A DNA stretch of 64,000 nucleotides from the human T2T-CHM13v2.0 reference genome, Homo sapiens (GCF_009914755.1 NC_060942.1), one strand, 5' to 3'. Numbered from the stretch's first letter, positions 44,895-62,271 are shown. The notes: generated from the sequence alone by a model not told the origin. A program made the numbers and translations.

Positions 44895-45159
44895 TTTCAA
44901 AGTTAAACATAAATTTACCAAATGACCCAGCAATTCCACTCCAAGTTATCTTCCCAAGAGAAATGAAAATGTATATTCACACAAAGACTCGCACACAACT
45001 GTTCTTAGCAGGGTTATTCATAATAGCCAAAAATTGGAAACAACCTAAATGTCTATTGGAAATAACCTAACGGTCCAACTAGTGAATGGGTAGACAAAAT
45101 GTGGCATAGCAATACAATTGAATACCACTGAGCAATAACAAAGAACAAACTATGGATAC

Positions 45160-45465
45160 GGTGGGGCGCGGTGGCTCACGCCTGTTATCCCAGCACTTTG
45201 GGAGGCTGAGGTGGGCAGATCGCCTGAGGTCAGGAGTTTGAGACCAGCCAGGCCAACATGGTGAAACCTGTCTCTACTAAAAACTACAAAAATTAGCCGG
45301 GCATGGTGTCAGGTGCATGAAATCTCAGCTACTTGGGAGGCCGAGGTAAGATAATTTCTTGAACCCGGGAGGTGGAGGTGGCAGAGAGCCGAGATCACGC
45401 CATTGCACTCCAGCTTGGACGACAGAGCGAAGCTCCTTCTCAAAACAAAAAAACAAACAAAACAA
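45160..45465 (+). mobile_element. Alu (AluS)
   Basis: TSD aaactatggatac. Confidence 0.93.
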
Positions 45466-46024
45466 AACTATGGATACATGGTATGACATAGATGAACCTC
45501 AAAAACATTCTCAGTATGCTCAGTGAAAGAAGCCATACGCAAGAGACCATACAATAAATGGAATTATACAATATAATTATACAATATAATTCCATTTATA
45601 TGAAGTGTCCAATAGAAATTATAAAGACAGAAAGTAGATCAGTGGTGGTTGGAGGTGAGGGCAGTGGGGAGAATGCTAATAATAAATGTGCCTGAAGGAT
45701 CTTCTGGAGGTGATGGCAATCTTCTAAAACCAATCTATGGTGATGATTGCCCAACCTAGTACATTTGCTTTTTAAAAAAAATCATTGCATTTAGCAATTA
45801 GAAATGGTGAATTATATGATATACAAAATATGCCTTTATAAAGTTAATTTTAAAAATAGGAGCAAGGAGGCAAAAATTTAATGAGCCCCTACTAAATTCA
45901 CTGCGGCGTTGCCTGTGATAGCAAAAGCTAAATGTCCATCAATAGGAATGTGGTTATTGTATATCTAAAGAATGGAATCTTTTTTTCTTGTTAACAACAA
46001 TATACATTTAAAAAGAACGAGACA

Positions 46025-46321
46025 GGCCCGGCACGGTGGCTCCCGTGTGTAATCCCAGCACTTTGGGAGGCCGAGGTGGGTGGATCGCTTGAGCCCAGGA
46101 GTTCAAGATCCACCTGGGCAACATGCTGAAACCCCATCTCTACAAAAAATACAAAAATTAGCCGGGTGTGTCGCATGCCTGTAGTCCCAGTTACTCAGGA
46201 GGCTGAGGCAGGAGGATGGCTTGAGCCTGGGAGGTTGAAGCTGCAGTGAGCCGTGACTGCACCACTGCACTCCAGTATGGACAACAGAGCAAGGCCCTGT
46301 CTCAAAACAAAAAAAAAAAAA
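46025..46321 (+). mobile_element. Alu (AluJ)
   Basis: Full Alu body. Confidence 0.93.
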
Positions 46322-46427
46322 TGAGACTCTGATAATGGAATAAAAAAAATGCACTGATATGGAATAATCTCCGGGATACATTAAATGAAATAAACAATGT
46401 ATAAGAGTGCAGGGAATGTGATCACTT

Positions 46428-46721
46428 TCTTTTTTTTTTTTTTGAGGCGGAGTCTCGCTCTGTCACCCAGGCTGGAGTGCAGTGGCACTATCTCGGCTCA
46501 CTGCAAGCTCCGCCTCCCAGGTTCACACCATTCTCCTGCCTCAGCCTCCCGAGCTCGAACTACAGGCGCCCGCCACAATGCCCGGCTAATTGTTTGTATT
46601 TTTAGTAGAGACAGGGTTTCACTGTGTTAGCCAGGATGGTCTCGATCTCCTGACATCGTGATCCGCCCGCCTCGGCCTCCCAAAGTGCTGGGATTACAGG
46701 CGTGAGCCACTGCGCCAGGCC
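46428..46721 (-). mobile_element. Alu (AluY-like)
   Basis: gcaagctccgcctccc / ccattctcc / gttagccaggatgg diagnostics; TSD aatgtgatcactt. Confidence 0.93.
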
Positions 46722-47199
46722 AATGTGATCACTTCTATGGGCAAAGAAGAAGGAGGAGGAGGAGGAGAAAAGAATCTTATATGCTTGTTTATACATATAT
46801 TGACTAGAAATACACGAGAAAGCAGTAGCTTGGTTGCTCCTGGAAGGAGGCCTAAGTGTGGGGGGTGGAAAGAAGGCATGCCATTTGGAGACAGTGATAG
46901 TCTTTGTATATCTTTCTGGATACCTTGAATTTATGTATCTTACCTAATAAACAAGTAAAAGCTAACTTTTCAATATTAATAGTGAGCACCTCCATGTGCC
47001 CAACAGTGTGTTGGGTGCACAATTTGTCACACAGACGTGGTGAATACTGAGCTGGCAGCAGCTCCCTCTGGATTTGTTTTGAATTTATTTTAGGTGGAAG
47101 AGTCTTTCCACTGACTCTCCTCTCCCCTGCTGTTTAAAATGTATGGCAGTTTCCAATCTTTATGAGAGGGCTTAAAAAAAAAAAAAAAGCTCAAGGTTA

Positions 47200-47595
<396 letters not shown>

Positions 47596-48621
47596 TTAGG
47601 TGACATTTCCAAGGTCACACAGCTTGTTAGTGACAGAGTCCAGGTTTCTTGACTCTGATTTTCCATGTACTGCATTGAAAGGATACATCCTCTTGCCTAT
47701 CTTGGGGTAAAGACAGGGAAGAGAGGAGAACTTATGGTGCTATAAACATACAAAGTGTGACAGTGCTGTAATCGGACCCACTTCCTTGAGTTAACTGATT
47801 AAAATCACTTTGGTTTGAAGTTGAATGTCATGGGCCGACTGCTCTGTCCAGTCTAGGAATGTGTCGTCAATGTCATCACAAACATTTCACAGTAAAGAAA
47901 GCCCCTCTCTGGCTCGTTTTCCTCTTATCCTCCACATTTGCCCAGGCTCCTTATGTTCCCACCCTCACTCCCCTGTAATGAAAACTCCAAAGCCGCTCCA
48001 ACTAATCCCTCTTGGGAGAATGTTTACTTTCAATGTGACCAAGAGGTGAAATGCTGTGGAATTTCTGGCATCAGACAATATAGGGGAGAACCTGGAAAAT
48101 CTTAGGCTATCTTCTGTCTCACTCCCCGCCCCCCGACAGAAATAAGACCAACCCTGAGTGTAGTTAACTGAGCCCGAGTGTAGTTAACTGAGCTAGAACT
48201 TATTATGCTGAACTAACCACCTGTCAGCAAGTCCAGTCAGAAAAAAGCAGTGGTGTGAGGACAGGGAAGTTTCGCAGGAGAGTGGTAGTCTGATCTCTGC
48301 CACCTTCTACCCTCATCCTTCAACCCAGCCAGTCAGAGTGTCTTAGGGGAACACTTTTCATATAATGCCTCCACTTGCCTTATTTCCAGAAGATTTTTTT
48401 TTAATAGAGATGGGGTCCCACTATGTTGCCCAGGCTGTTCTCATACTCCTGGGCTCAAGCAATCCCCCCACCCACCTCAGACTCCCAATACAGAAGATTT
48501 TTAATGGTTCTTTATCTAATCTTGTTCTAGTAAATAAAGTGTGCCTTAGAGATAAGGAACATCACATCCAATAAAAAGGGCCGTAGGGTGCAGTACTGCA
48601 GCCAACGGTTCATTCCATTTC

Positions 48622-48920
<299 letters not shown>

Positions 48921-49592
48921 GTTCATTCCATTTCTGAGGCAGGACTGTTCTGTGGAAGAACATTTTAACTTGTCTGGGCTGAACTTTAAAGCATGCCCAT
49001 CCTAATTTTTTTTTAAATTTTTTCTGGCTTACCTTTAGCAGTAATATCCTAAATCTTTAAAGTATAAATGCTCCCCATGGCTAACTTTATAACTAAGGGA
49101 AGAAGTGGTAAGATTTCAGAGACCTTTCTCCAAAATATCTAAAATCTCCTAAAGTGGCCATTCGCTTGTCCTCCTAATCAAGCCTCTTCCATCACTCAGC
49201 AGCCTGGGGACTCGGCTGGCGATTCCTCACCCTTCCTGCTTTGTTGGCTCTGATTGGTCTAAACTGTGGTGCTCTTGGTCACTGATTGAGTCATTAACCA
49301 AAGTTTAAGCCAATCACATGTGGCACTCTCCAAAAAGTAGTTCAGGGGTGACCAAGTCAGTGCAAAGCTTAGGTTGTTCACTCCGTCATCCACAGAAAAA
49401 GGAAAGCATGTGAACCTCAGCGAAGGCCAATAGCTATCTTGAGACCGTGCTAAAGCTGGCCTGATAAAACCAAAACAGAGATGAGCAGAGCTTCCAGAAA
49501 TGCAGGAAACAGCGGGGTCCTGACCAAAGTCCTGGACTCTTCCATGGTATGAGCAATAAATCCCTGTTACTGATTTAGGTAGTTTGAGTTGA

Positions 49593-50048
<456 letters not shown>

Positions 50049-50596
50049 TGAAGATTAAATGATTTAATCAAAACCATCTAACTCTTGACAATTCTTTCAT
50101 CATCAAGAAGGCGGGGGAGGAGAAGTGTGAAAAGCGTAGCCCAACCACACTAATTTCTGATTTCCATATTCATTCTTTCTCTTTCTGCCCTCCATGTTTT
50201 TAGTTTGCTTTTCTGGATTTCCTTTACATAGAAGGACCACTTTCCATCTCAATCTGTTCAGAAACCCCGCCAGGTTTTCAAACCCCTAGCTCAAATGCTG
50301 GTTTCTCTTTGAAGGCTTCCCTGATACCCTCAGCTGAAAAAAAAAAAAAGCCCCCTAAAAACTAGAGACCATTAGCCTCAGCATATTGTCCCCACACTCA
50401 GTGTCACCCCCAGCAGCTAGACTGTAAACTGCTTGCCTGCAGGGCACCTGATGGGTTAACCTTTTATGTTTACAGCACTGGCACACTGTATCTGTGTCTC
50501 TGGCACCCCCTGAGAAGTAAGGAAAGTTTGGTGGTTGAAAAGAATAAGCACAAATAGGTTTTCTTCAGGAACTGCAGGCCGAAGAAATGGCTACAG

Positions 50597-50769
50597 CAGT
50601 GGTTCTCAGAGTGGCCCCTGGGCCACGCCATCAGCATCACCTGGGAACAAGGAAGAAATGCAAATTCTTGGAAACTTCAGAATCAGAAACTCTGGGGATG
50701 GAGCCCAGGAACCTTTATTTTAACAAGCTCTTTAGATTCTGTTGCACTTGAAAGTTTAAGAACCGCTGG
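50597..50769. mobile_element. MER5A hAT MITE
   Basis: cagtggttctcagagtgg...gaaagtttaagaaccgctg. Confidence 0.75.
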
Positions 50770-52494
50770 ACTCAGGAAGGTCTTAAACTAGGGGTTGAGG
50801 AGCAAATGAGCCTGTTTAAGAGCAGGGGCCTGGTTATCTAAGAGCAGGATTGAAAATCAAGTGAAAATCAAGGTGGGCTGTGCAGCCAGGACATGAGGAT
50901 TGCAGTGGAAGGGCTGGCCCTTGAGAGGGAGGGTGCAGTGTAACCAGAACTGAACTCTCGGAATTGAGCTTCTCTTCAACTTGCTGCCTGTCTCTTCGAG
51001 CTGATGTCTGAAGTCTCCTGATCAGTTTTGTCTATTTGGCCCATGCCAGGTGGGTGTGCATAGGCGGAAATCCCAATAAGGGCTTGAAACATGTTTAAAT
51101 GTTTTATTTGATGTAGGTCAGGTGTTTATTCTTTCGTTTTCGCCAACCCTAAGATGACGTGATTACGTTCTCCCAAGTTGCTTTACATGTTTGCATTTTC
51201 AGTTTTTCTTTTTGGCAGCATTCAACCCAGAGTAACGTATCCTGGGTTCCTTGTGAACCTGTCTGTAACCGAAGCGAAGAATGTATCGAGGTACTCCAAT
51301 GGGCCTGGGAAAGAGCTGTGGGGTATCTCAGTAAAAACAAGGGGCAACAAGAAAGATGTCTGATAAAGTTCTTGGGAGCTAGCCCACAAGCCCGCTTGTG
51401 AATCTCGTCTGCTCCCTCCCATCCCTGCCTGGCCTTTCTCCCTATTCATTGTGTACTTTTATCACTGACCCCGCGCAATTCTAGCCCACGGTGCGATCCC
51501 TATCCTGGAAACTACACTTCTTCTGAGTTGGCCCAAAGCTACTGCCCCTGCTCTGCTCCTCCAAAGGCTAGTCCACTTCAAAGAGTTTTCACCTCCACTC
51601 CCGCCCCCACCTCTCTCAATGCAAGACTCGACTATAATCTTTGAGGAAAGGCTGGGCGTGTGCCTTCATTTTCATAGTTTTCATCATGATCACAGGCCTT
51701 TCATTACTATGGATTCCCAAACACTCATATTTAAATATGGTAATGATATGTATTAAAAAGCATTCCCAGAGGATGTTGATAAATCTCTACTTCTGCTTTT
51801 AGATAATAAGCATCAATTATCCATCAACTATTTTTAGTAAAAAAAAATTTTTTCTTATTTATCATAGATACATTCTAAAATATCTTTTTTTAATTTTCAA
51901 ACACATTGTTTCCAAGTACAGAATTTTTCTCAAAGAATCTAATTGTGTTATGTTTGTTTGATTATTGCACTGATGCAGATAATGTATAGTTTCTATTACT
52001 TTATATAGTTTATTTTATGGTAGTATTCTAAAGTTTTAGCAAAAAAAAAAAGACAGAAGCTTTTAATTAAGGTGAAAAACTAACTTTCATTGAGAAACTA
52101 TGATTCGACACATACTTTAGGTATATTTATTCATCTAATCCCCCATCAATCCTGTTAAAGTGAATACTGTTAAGATTTTACAGATGAGTAAACTGGGGTT
52201 CAAACAGGTTGAAAAGTTATGCTAAAATTAGGAGTCGATTCCAAATCTGACTCCAAAGCCTTTCTCAGGACCTCCCCTGCTTCTCCCACCTCCATCCAGA
52301 GTAAGATACTAACTCAACTGCATCGCATCACAGGGGCTGATACCTACACACAAGTGTTCAGGAGGCTGTTAAAAACTCATGAAACTGGAGGAGAAAAAAA
52401 CTTTGCAGGTAATGACAATAGGAACTCTGCCCTACCTAAAAGCTTCCCAAAATTATGATTAAATGTTTGGTAAAAACATCAAAAAGACAATGTA

Positions 52495-52815
<321 letters not shown>

Positions 52816-53918
52816 AAGGACAATGTATATTTGGGAGCTAAAGTTCATTTAGTTTGTTTTAAGTCCTGATTTCCAAGATCTGAACATGGTTATTGGCCAT
52901 CCATGCTTTTTAATACAGGATTTGTGAAGTTGTTGATTCGGAAGGTAACCCACAACATCCTTGGTTTCAATTCAGAAGCCACACAGCAAAAAACCCCTTC
53001 AATTTGTCCTTAGTTGATATAGAGTTATAAAACATATCACATATCTCTGGAATGACCATTCCTGGTTAATTAATCTTTAGAAATAAAGGCTACCTTTACT
53101 TAAGGAAAAGGTTGTGGAAAGAAAATAATTAGAGCAGAAGCAGCTCTAAATGCCGTTCTTGCTTTTATCTATTTTTAAATGATTGCCAAATGTCTGTAAC
53201 TGACACCCTTAATCAAGGCTTTTAAAGTTTAGATGTGTTCATTAAATTGTAATGTGACAGTGGTGGCATTTTATTGATGGATTTTTTTTTGGCTGACTTT
53301 TTGCCTTAAATTTTTTTTTAAATCTATTTAACAACTCGATAAATGTTTACATCAGCCATTTTGAAAAGCCTGATAGCTTTTCAGCAAATTGCATTACCTG
53401 TTGTCAGACAATATACTCCTGTGTCTACCCAGATAGGAGAGATTTTCAATCATTCAGTTAATTCACAGTAAAAGGAATAACTCTTGACTAAAATACTCAA
53501 ATATTTCAGACAAAAGTCTCTGGGGCCTGAGTTACCTGGATAGTTGACTTTTTATGTTGCTTTGCAAAACTTTACATATCACTCGTTTGAGTCATTCTGT
53601 ATATTTTTTCTAACTGTTAAGATAGACATGATGTGAAAGAAACTGTTTTCATTCATTATTGTCAAGCCAAAATAAGCAAATTTAAAAATAGCAATAATTT
53701 TCAAAAAGGGTCAAAATGGACTTAAATTACAAGACCATGAGAGTTTGCCCACTTTAAAACCTTATATGCCCAAATATCCCATATAATCCCTATTGGTTTC
53801 ATCTCATTCTATTTCATCAGGAAACCATCTGCTTTGTTCTTTGTTGCAGAAAATGTAAACAACTATATATTGAAAGCACAGCCATTCCTTATGTAAAAAC
53901 CAAAGTCTACATACTTAC

Positions 53919-54250
53919 TTTTCAGTACTCTTTGTCCAAGAAATGTTGTAGGAGGGCTGGCTCAGCTGTGGATTCCCCAGGCTGTGTGTGAGGCATTGAT
54001 TGGGTGTCCCTGTTCCCGGGACAGGGATTCAAAGGAGTTTATAGGGCTCAGGGTCTTCCACGATCAGGTCAAAGCATAGATGGGTCTGCTTCCAGAAAGT
54101 TCATCTCTTCCTAAGAGGGGAAATTCCATGCCCGGGGAAGTTCTGGAAGAAGAGCATTTTTTCCCCGCCCTTCAGTGAACTAGGTCATTGCTGAAGCTGG
54201 AGAATATATTTTAGCATCCCTGTGATGAAACTTGAGGGCTGTTTCTGCAG
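53919..54250 (-). other. ALPK2: Probable non-coding exon 1 (5'UTR) of ALPK2; the 5' boundary is approximate
   Basis: Donor AAA|gtaagtat at 53919/53918 in a repeat-free block about 17 kb upstream of exon 2, consistent with recalled gene structure. The TSS cannot be fixed from sequence. Confidence 0.7.
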
Positions 54251-54685
54251 TAGGTGCGACACTTGTTGACACGACACGCTGGGGAGGCCCTGGCAAGGGG
54301 GCCTGGTGAAATGCAGCCCCAGGGAGCTGATGAAACCCAGACGAGCTGTCACTGGCTGCTGCTCAGGAGACCGAGCAGCTCTTTACAAAGCCCATGCTGG
54401 ACCCTGGGCTTAGTTGCTCGCTCCTTAGGAAAGGAAAAACTTGCTGCCTGATAAAGGGATTAAGGCCGGAGTAACACAACCAGTTCTCATACCAAGGTTA
54501 TCAGGCATTTGAAGTACACATAGGAAACCCGTGGAGGGGGTGTTGGGGAGGTGAAAATATGTGTCATATGTTGTTCATTTAGAACAGGCATTATAGCCAT
54601 CCTCTGAAGTTCTCTGAGAAAGGCAGAAGCCACAGAAGGAAGGCAGGATCCACCCTCCTCACCCTGCTTACCCCCCCTTACCCCT

Positions 54686-54686
<1 letters not shown>

Positions 54687-54745
<59 letters not shown>
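54687..54745. repeat. (TCTG)n(TC)n(CA)n compound microsatellite upstream of exon 1
   Basis: Read directly from the sequence. Confidence 0.95.
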
Positions 54746-55719
54746 CCCTTCCTATTTTGACTACGATAGAAGAGAACAGACAAAGATCAGAAGAAATCCA
54801 CAGAAGAAATACCACAGGTCCTATTCCTTCAGATTGCCTGGAATGGTTCTTGTTGGGAAAGTAGATTTTGTAATATGGGCAATTCTTTTATTGAAATTTA
54901 TCCAAGTCCAAAAACATAGAGAATCCTTTAGCATCATTCTGTAACTACTTAGCCTCTCCCCAAAAATATTTTAATGTATGACACCTGGAAATTGACAGCT
55001 TAGACAGAAACCTCTTTTGAGACTCGCGGAGACAGCTCAAATTAGCAGCTCCAGGGGTGACTTTGAAAGGGACATAGCTGTAAATATTCACTCTGTGTAG
55101 GGCACTGCAATCCTCAAAAGCAAATTGTTTTTACACAGCACAGAATGTACATCATTATCCCTTGATGGAATGCAACTTTTCACAAGATGAAAACTCATCT
55201 AAAACGATAAAATATTAAGAAATGTAGGGGTGATATGTTCTGTTTTTCAGTTTTATCTTCATGTGAGAAAAAAGATATTAAAGCTGAGGCACTGTAAAAT
55301 AATGACTATCTCCTGGGGAACACATCTGTGAAATGCCACAGAACACAGAAATTACCAACTCTTTGCAAATGGTCGGCTTTATGGAAAGCTGAGGTCTTCA
55401 CAATGTAAGGTCTTTTCCAGATAAGAAAGAGGAGATAACTTCAAGTTGGGAATGAAGAGAGGAGGAAAGTGTGATGATAAAGAATAAACAAATGCTGTCG
55501 CACACCACAGAGAGAATAAAGTCAAAAGTGAAGGAATGTCCCAAAGCAATAGATAAATGTGATATGGTTGTGAAAGAAGTGTTGCCTGGGAGTTATTAAA
55601 TGGAAAAGTTGAAATTCACTATGAAACTTAATTTTGTTCCTCTGAAATAATTTGAAAAACCAATTCCCTCAACTCCCAACATTCATCTCCTAGCAAAATA
55701 AATGTAAAGAGCAGAAGGT

Positions 55720-55739
55720 TTATATATGTGCATATATAG

Positions 55740-55776
<37 letters not shown>

Positions 55777-55831
55777 TGCATGCATACACACATACATGCA
55801 TATATATACACACACGTACATACATACATAT
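55720..55831. repeat. (TA)/(CA)/(CATA) low-complexity microsatellite
   Basis: Read directly from the sequence. Confidence 0.9.
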
Positions 55832-55964
55832 AATGGATTTAACTGTATTTGTTTTATTCATCTCATGAATTTACAGCCACAGAATTTATGTTTTAATCTT
55901 AGGTGTCGGGGAGGAAGCATGAAAGAAAATCAGAAACAGAAATCTTGGAATTAAACTCAAATTA

Positions 55965-56246
<282 letters not shown>

Positions 56247-56376
56247 TCAAATTAGACCAGGACACTAGTTCTGAATTTTCTGTGAATATCAAAGGAGGGA
56301 TGGAAGAAGTAAGACGTTGAAGAGAAAAAGAAAGGCATGTATCTGTGCCCTGCTAATAGCATCAAAAAATACATGA

Positions 56377-57371
<995 letters not shown>

Positions 57372-58083
57372 CACGTGAGTTTGAGATTAAAAGTAAAGAC
57401 ATAAAAATGTTTAGCATTATTCCAAGTAAAGTAATGTAGAGTATAAGAAATTGTGTTTAATCTCTATTTTTCTGAAACTATAGGAAGAATTTTCTTAAAA
57501 CTTAATTTTAGGAAGATTTTCCTTCTAAGGAATGGAGTTGGAAATGTATTTTTGTATCAGATGTTTATTCTCTCTCTCTGAAAGGCCTTTTCAGCTTTCC
57601 CAAGTTCCAACTGTTATTTTCTCGGTTTCTTGAATGAATGAGCGCCACTTGGTTCACCGACCACCCTAGGTCTGCTGGAGACTGGGATCAAATCAGTTCC
57701 CAACTAATCTGAACAATTAAAGCAAATTCATTAGGCTCTTATGCTGCTCTGTGCTCCTATAACGTGGACTGGGATTGGTACGTGAGAGGTTTATCTGCTC
57801 ATTTTCTTCTTCCTGGCATGGAAGGCCCTTGAACACTAGTGGCAAGGCTGATGGCACAGTCTTTGCCAGTAAAGCATATTCTTGGCGGAGGCTTAGTACC
57901 AATCACGTGGCAGATCAGGGACTCTGCCAGGGTCCTCGGGCCAGGCTGGAACTGAGCAGGTCACTCCTGCTGCAGTGAGAACTGTCAGTGTTTGGGGAGC
58001 TCTCTGGAGCACTGAGAACCTCCCTCCCCAACAATTCATCCCTATCCAGGGTCCAGGGATTCCCCTTAGCAGATGTGACCTGA

Positions 58084-58428
<345 letters not shown>

Positions 58429-58611
58429 TAAAATAGCTGCCAGTCACTCGGGTAGGTCAACTAAACAGGCATTTTCTCCCCTTAAGTGCAGTGGCAAAAG
58501 AAATATGAATGTAAATGAAACTCTGTTCTCTCATGATGTTTTTCATCCCGGGTAACATCTTTCTATAATATTCTTAATGAGAAGACGGAATTTAAAAATA
58601 TTTGCAAAACA

Positions 58612-58901
58612 GGCCAGGCATGCTGGCTCATGCCTGTAATCCCAATACTTTGGGAGGCTGAGGCAGGAGGATTGCTTGGATTCAGGACTTTGAGACCAGC
58701 CTGGGTAACATAGTGAGACCTTGTCTCTACAAAACATCATAAAAGTAGCCGGGTGTGGTAGTGTGCACCTGTGGTCCTATCTACGCAGGAGGCCGAAGTG
58801 GGAGGACTTTTGAGCCTAGAAGGTCGAGGCTACAGTGTGCCATGATTGTGCCATTGCCTTCCAGCCTGGACAACAGAGTGGGACCCTGTCTCAAAAAAAA
58901 A
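58612..58901 (+). mobile_element. Alu (AluJ)
   Basis: Full Alu body; TSD-like aaaa..ttgcaaaa. Confidence 0.9.
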
Positions 58902-60002
58902 ATTGCAAAACAACAATAAAAATGCAATTTTATCAGAATTGATATATCTGAGAGGGATCTTTCAAGCATATGAGTGTTGTTCGGAACCTGGAATTCATTT
59001 TCCCCCAGAGTAGCAAAATTATAAGTGGTAGTTAGGTTCACAGACACAGAAGTATTTTATCCATCATGTTCCTGAAGGACTGTATTTGAGCTATGTAAAA
59101 CCAAAATAGCAAAACCAGCTCAAAATTCAATGTAACAAAATATGAGAATCTAAGTACCTGAACAAAAAGTACCCAAGTTTCCAAGATAAAAGTTTGTCAT
59201 GGTTTATTCTAGTGCTTCAGTTTCAGTTTTAGAACAACCACAAAAATGCATTGCAACTCTCAGAACAGGAGCAAAATTCCAATTTTGTAAATGTGAGGCC
59301 CTATTTCACAAATGCTAAGTAAAATTCATTAGTTAGTGTGAAAACTTAAAATTTTAAAAATATTTGCATATGTTATATGTACTACTTTGGAACAGTTTAC
59401 TTTGGTCTTTTTTCTGATTGTAAGAGCAAAACATACTCATTACTAAAACTGCTGGATATTTTCATCAACCAAAGACATATAACAATTTGAGAAGCATTTA
59501 TGATTGGAAAACTTCTCAGCTTTGGGTACTAACAGTGAGTCTCTGCAGTGCTTTTGCCTGGAGCTGCTCCCATTCCCCCACCCTGTTCTGCTGTCACAGG
59601 GGTTCTACCAGGGCCACCTGTAAGCACTGGCATTTTCACTGCCATGGTCAAGGGGGTTTGCTGGATTTGAAGCAGTGGACAACACCTACGCCCAGCAGTG
59701 TTATTGATGGATATGATCCTGGCAGCAGGCGAGTGGAGTGGGATTGGGGCAAGCATCTGGCTGATGGGGGCTGCATGTGTGTGCAGGGCAGACCATGGGG
59801 AACCTGGCTATCCACACTTTCCCAGCATGTTCAGAGGAGACATGAAAGGGCCCAACAAAAAGTGAGTATCAGGCAGACTTGAAAATGGAAGAAACTTAAG
59901 TGCAACTTTTGTGCTTCAAAAGCCATCATTACCTGCCACACACTGGAAGAAAATATTTGCAAATCATATGTGTCATGAAGGATGTACAGCCAGAATATAT
60001 AT

Positions 60003-60312
60003 TTTATTTATTTTATTTTTTTTTTCAACTTTTATTTTAAGTTCCAGGGTACATGTGCAGGATGTACAGATTTGTTACATAGGCATACATGTGCCATGAT
60101 TATTTGCTGCACACATCAATCCATCACCTAGTTATTAAGCCTAGCATCTATTAGCTATTCTTTCTGATGCTCACCCTCCCCACCAGCCCCCAACAGGTCC
60201 CAATATGTGTTGTACCCTGCCACGTGTCCATGTGTTCTCATCATTCAGCTCCCCTTGTAAGTGAGAACATGTGGTATTTGGTTTTCTGTTCGTGCATTGG
60301 TTTGCTGAGGCG
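60003..60312 (-). mobile_element. 5'-truncated L1PA 3' end
   Basis: gggtacatgtgcaggatgtacag...gtgagaacatgtggtatttgg; TSD-like cagaa(t/c)atatatttta on both sides. Confidence 0.85.
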
Positions 60313-60367
60313 GAGAGAGCAGAACATATATTTTAAAAACCCATGAAACTCAACAATAAAAAGATTA

Positions 60368-60951
<584 letters not shown>

Positions 60952-61720
60952 GATACTCAACACCTTTAATCAATAAAGAAATGCAAATTAAAATGGAAAC
61001 ACAATAAAACAAAGAAATAGAAAAAAACATATTGAAAAAAAACCACAATGCCCACAAGGATGGCTATAATAATAAAAAAAAAAGACGAACAATACCAAAT
61101 ATAATGAGGATGTGAAGAAGAAACTGGAACCCTAATACACTGCTGGTGGGAATGTAAAGTAGCACAGCCACTTTGGAAAATAACTGGTCATTTCTTAAAA
61201 CGTTAAACACAAGCTTGCCATATGACTCAGCAATTCCACTCCTAGAACCCTCCCTATGAGAAATAACAACACAAGTTCAAATAACAACCTGTATGCCAAA
61301 AACTGAAAACAATCCAAATGTCTGTCAACCAATGAATGGATAAGACAAGCTATGGCCCGTGTACTATTCAAGAACAAAAAGCAAAGGACAATTGATTCAT
61401 GTTACAGCTTGGATAAACCTCAAAAACCCTGTGCTAACTATAAAAGGCCAGACACAAAAGACGACATATTGAAATATTCCAATGTTATGAAAGTCAAAAA
61501 AGACAAATTTATAGAGACAAAACATCGGTGGTTTTCTAAGGTTGGGAGAAGCAGGGTTAGCTGCAAATAGACATGAAAGAATATTTTGGGATGATGGGAC
61601 TGTTCTTGAACTGAAGTATGATAACAGTTGCACAAACCCATAAATATAGTAGAAATTATTATACTGTACACTAACAATGACAAAATTTTATGTAAATTAT
61701 CCCTCAATAACACTGTTTAT

Positions 61721-62271
<551 letters not shown>

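Larger units (their letters stand above)
44560..45860 (+). mobile_element. Old L1M(B/E) 3' region carrying MER75B and Alu insertions
   Basis: cattgctggtgagaatgtaaa...gacccagcaattccactcc...ggaaacaacctaaatgtc. Confidence 0.8.
53040..54900 (-). promoter_or_regulatory. Non-CpG-island promoter and proximal intron-1 regulatory region with muscle-type motifs
   Basis: MEF2 at 53169-53178 and 53682-53691; TEAD/M-CAT at 53048-53063, 53883-53889 and about 54839-54845; AP-1 TGAGTCA at 53588-53594; TGATAA at about 54449 (+) and about 54499 (-). Confidence 0.55.

Noticed and set aside
54203-54215. AT-rich CTAAAATATA (minus strand) as a MEF2 site or TATA box
   Set aside because: Does not fit MEF2 YTA(W)4TAR or canonical TATAAA, and the TSS is unknown.
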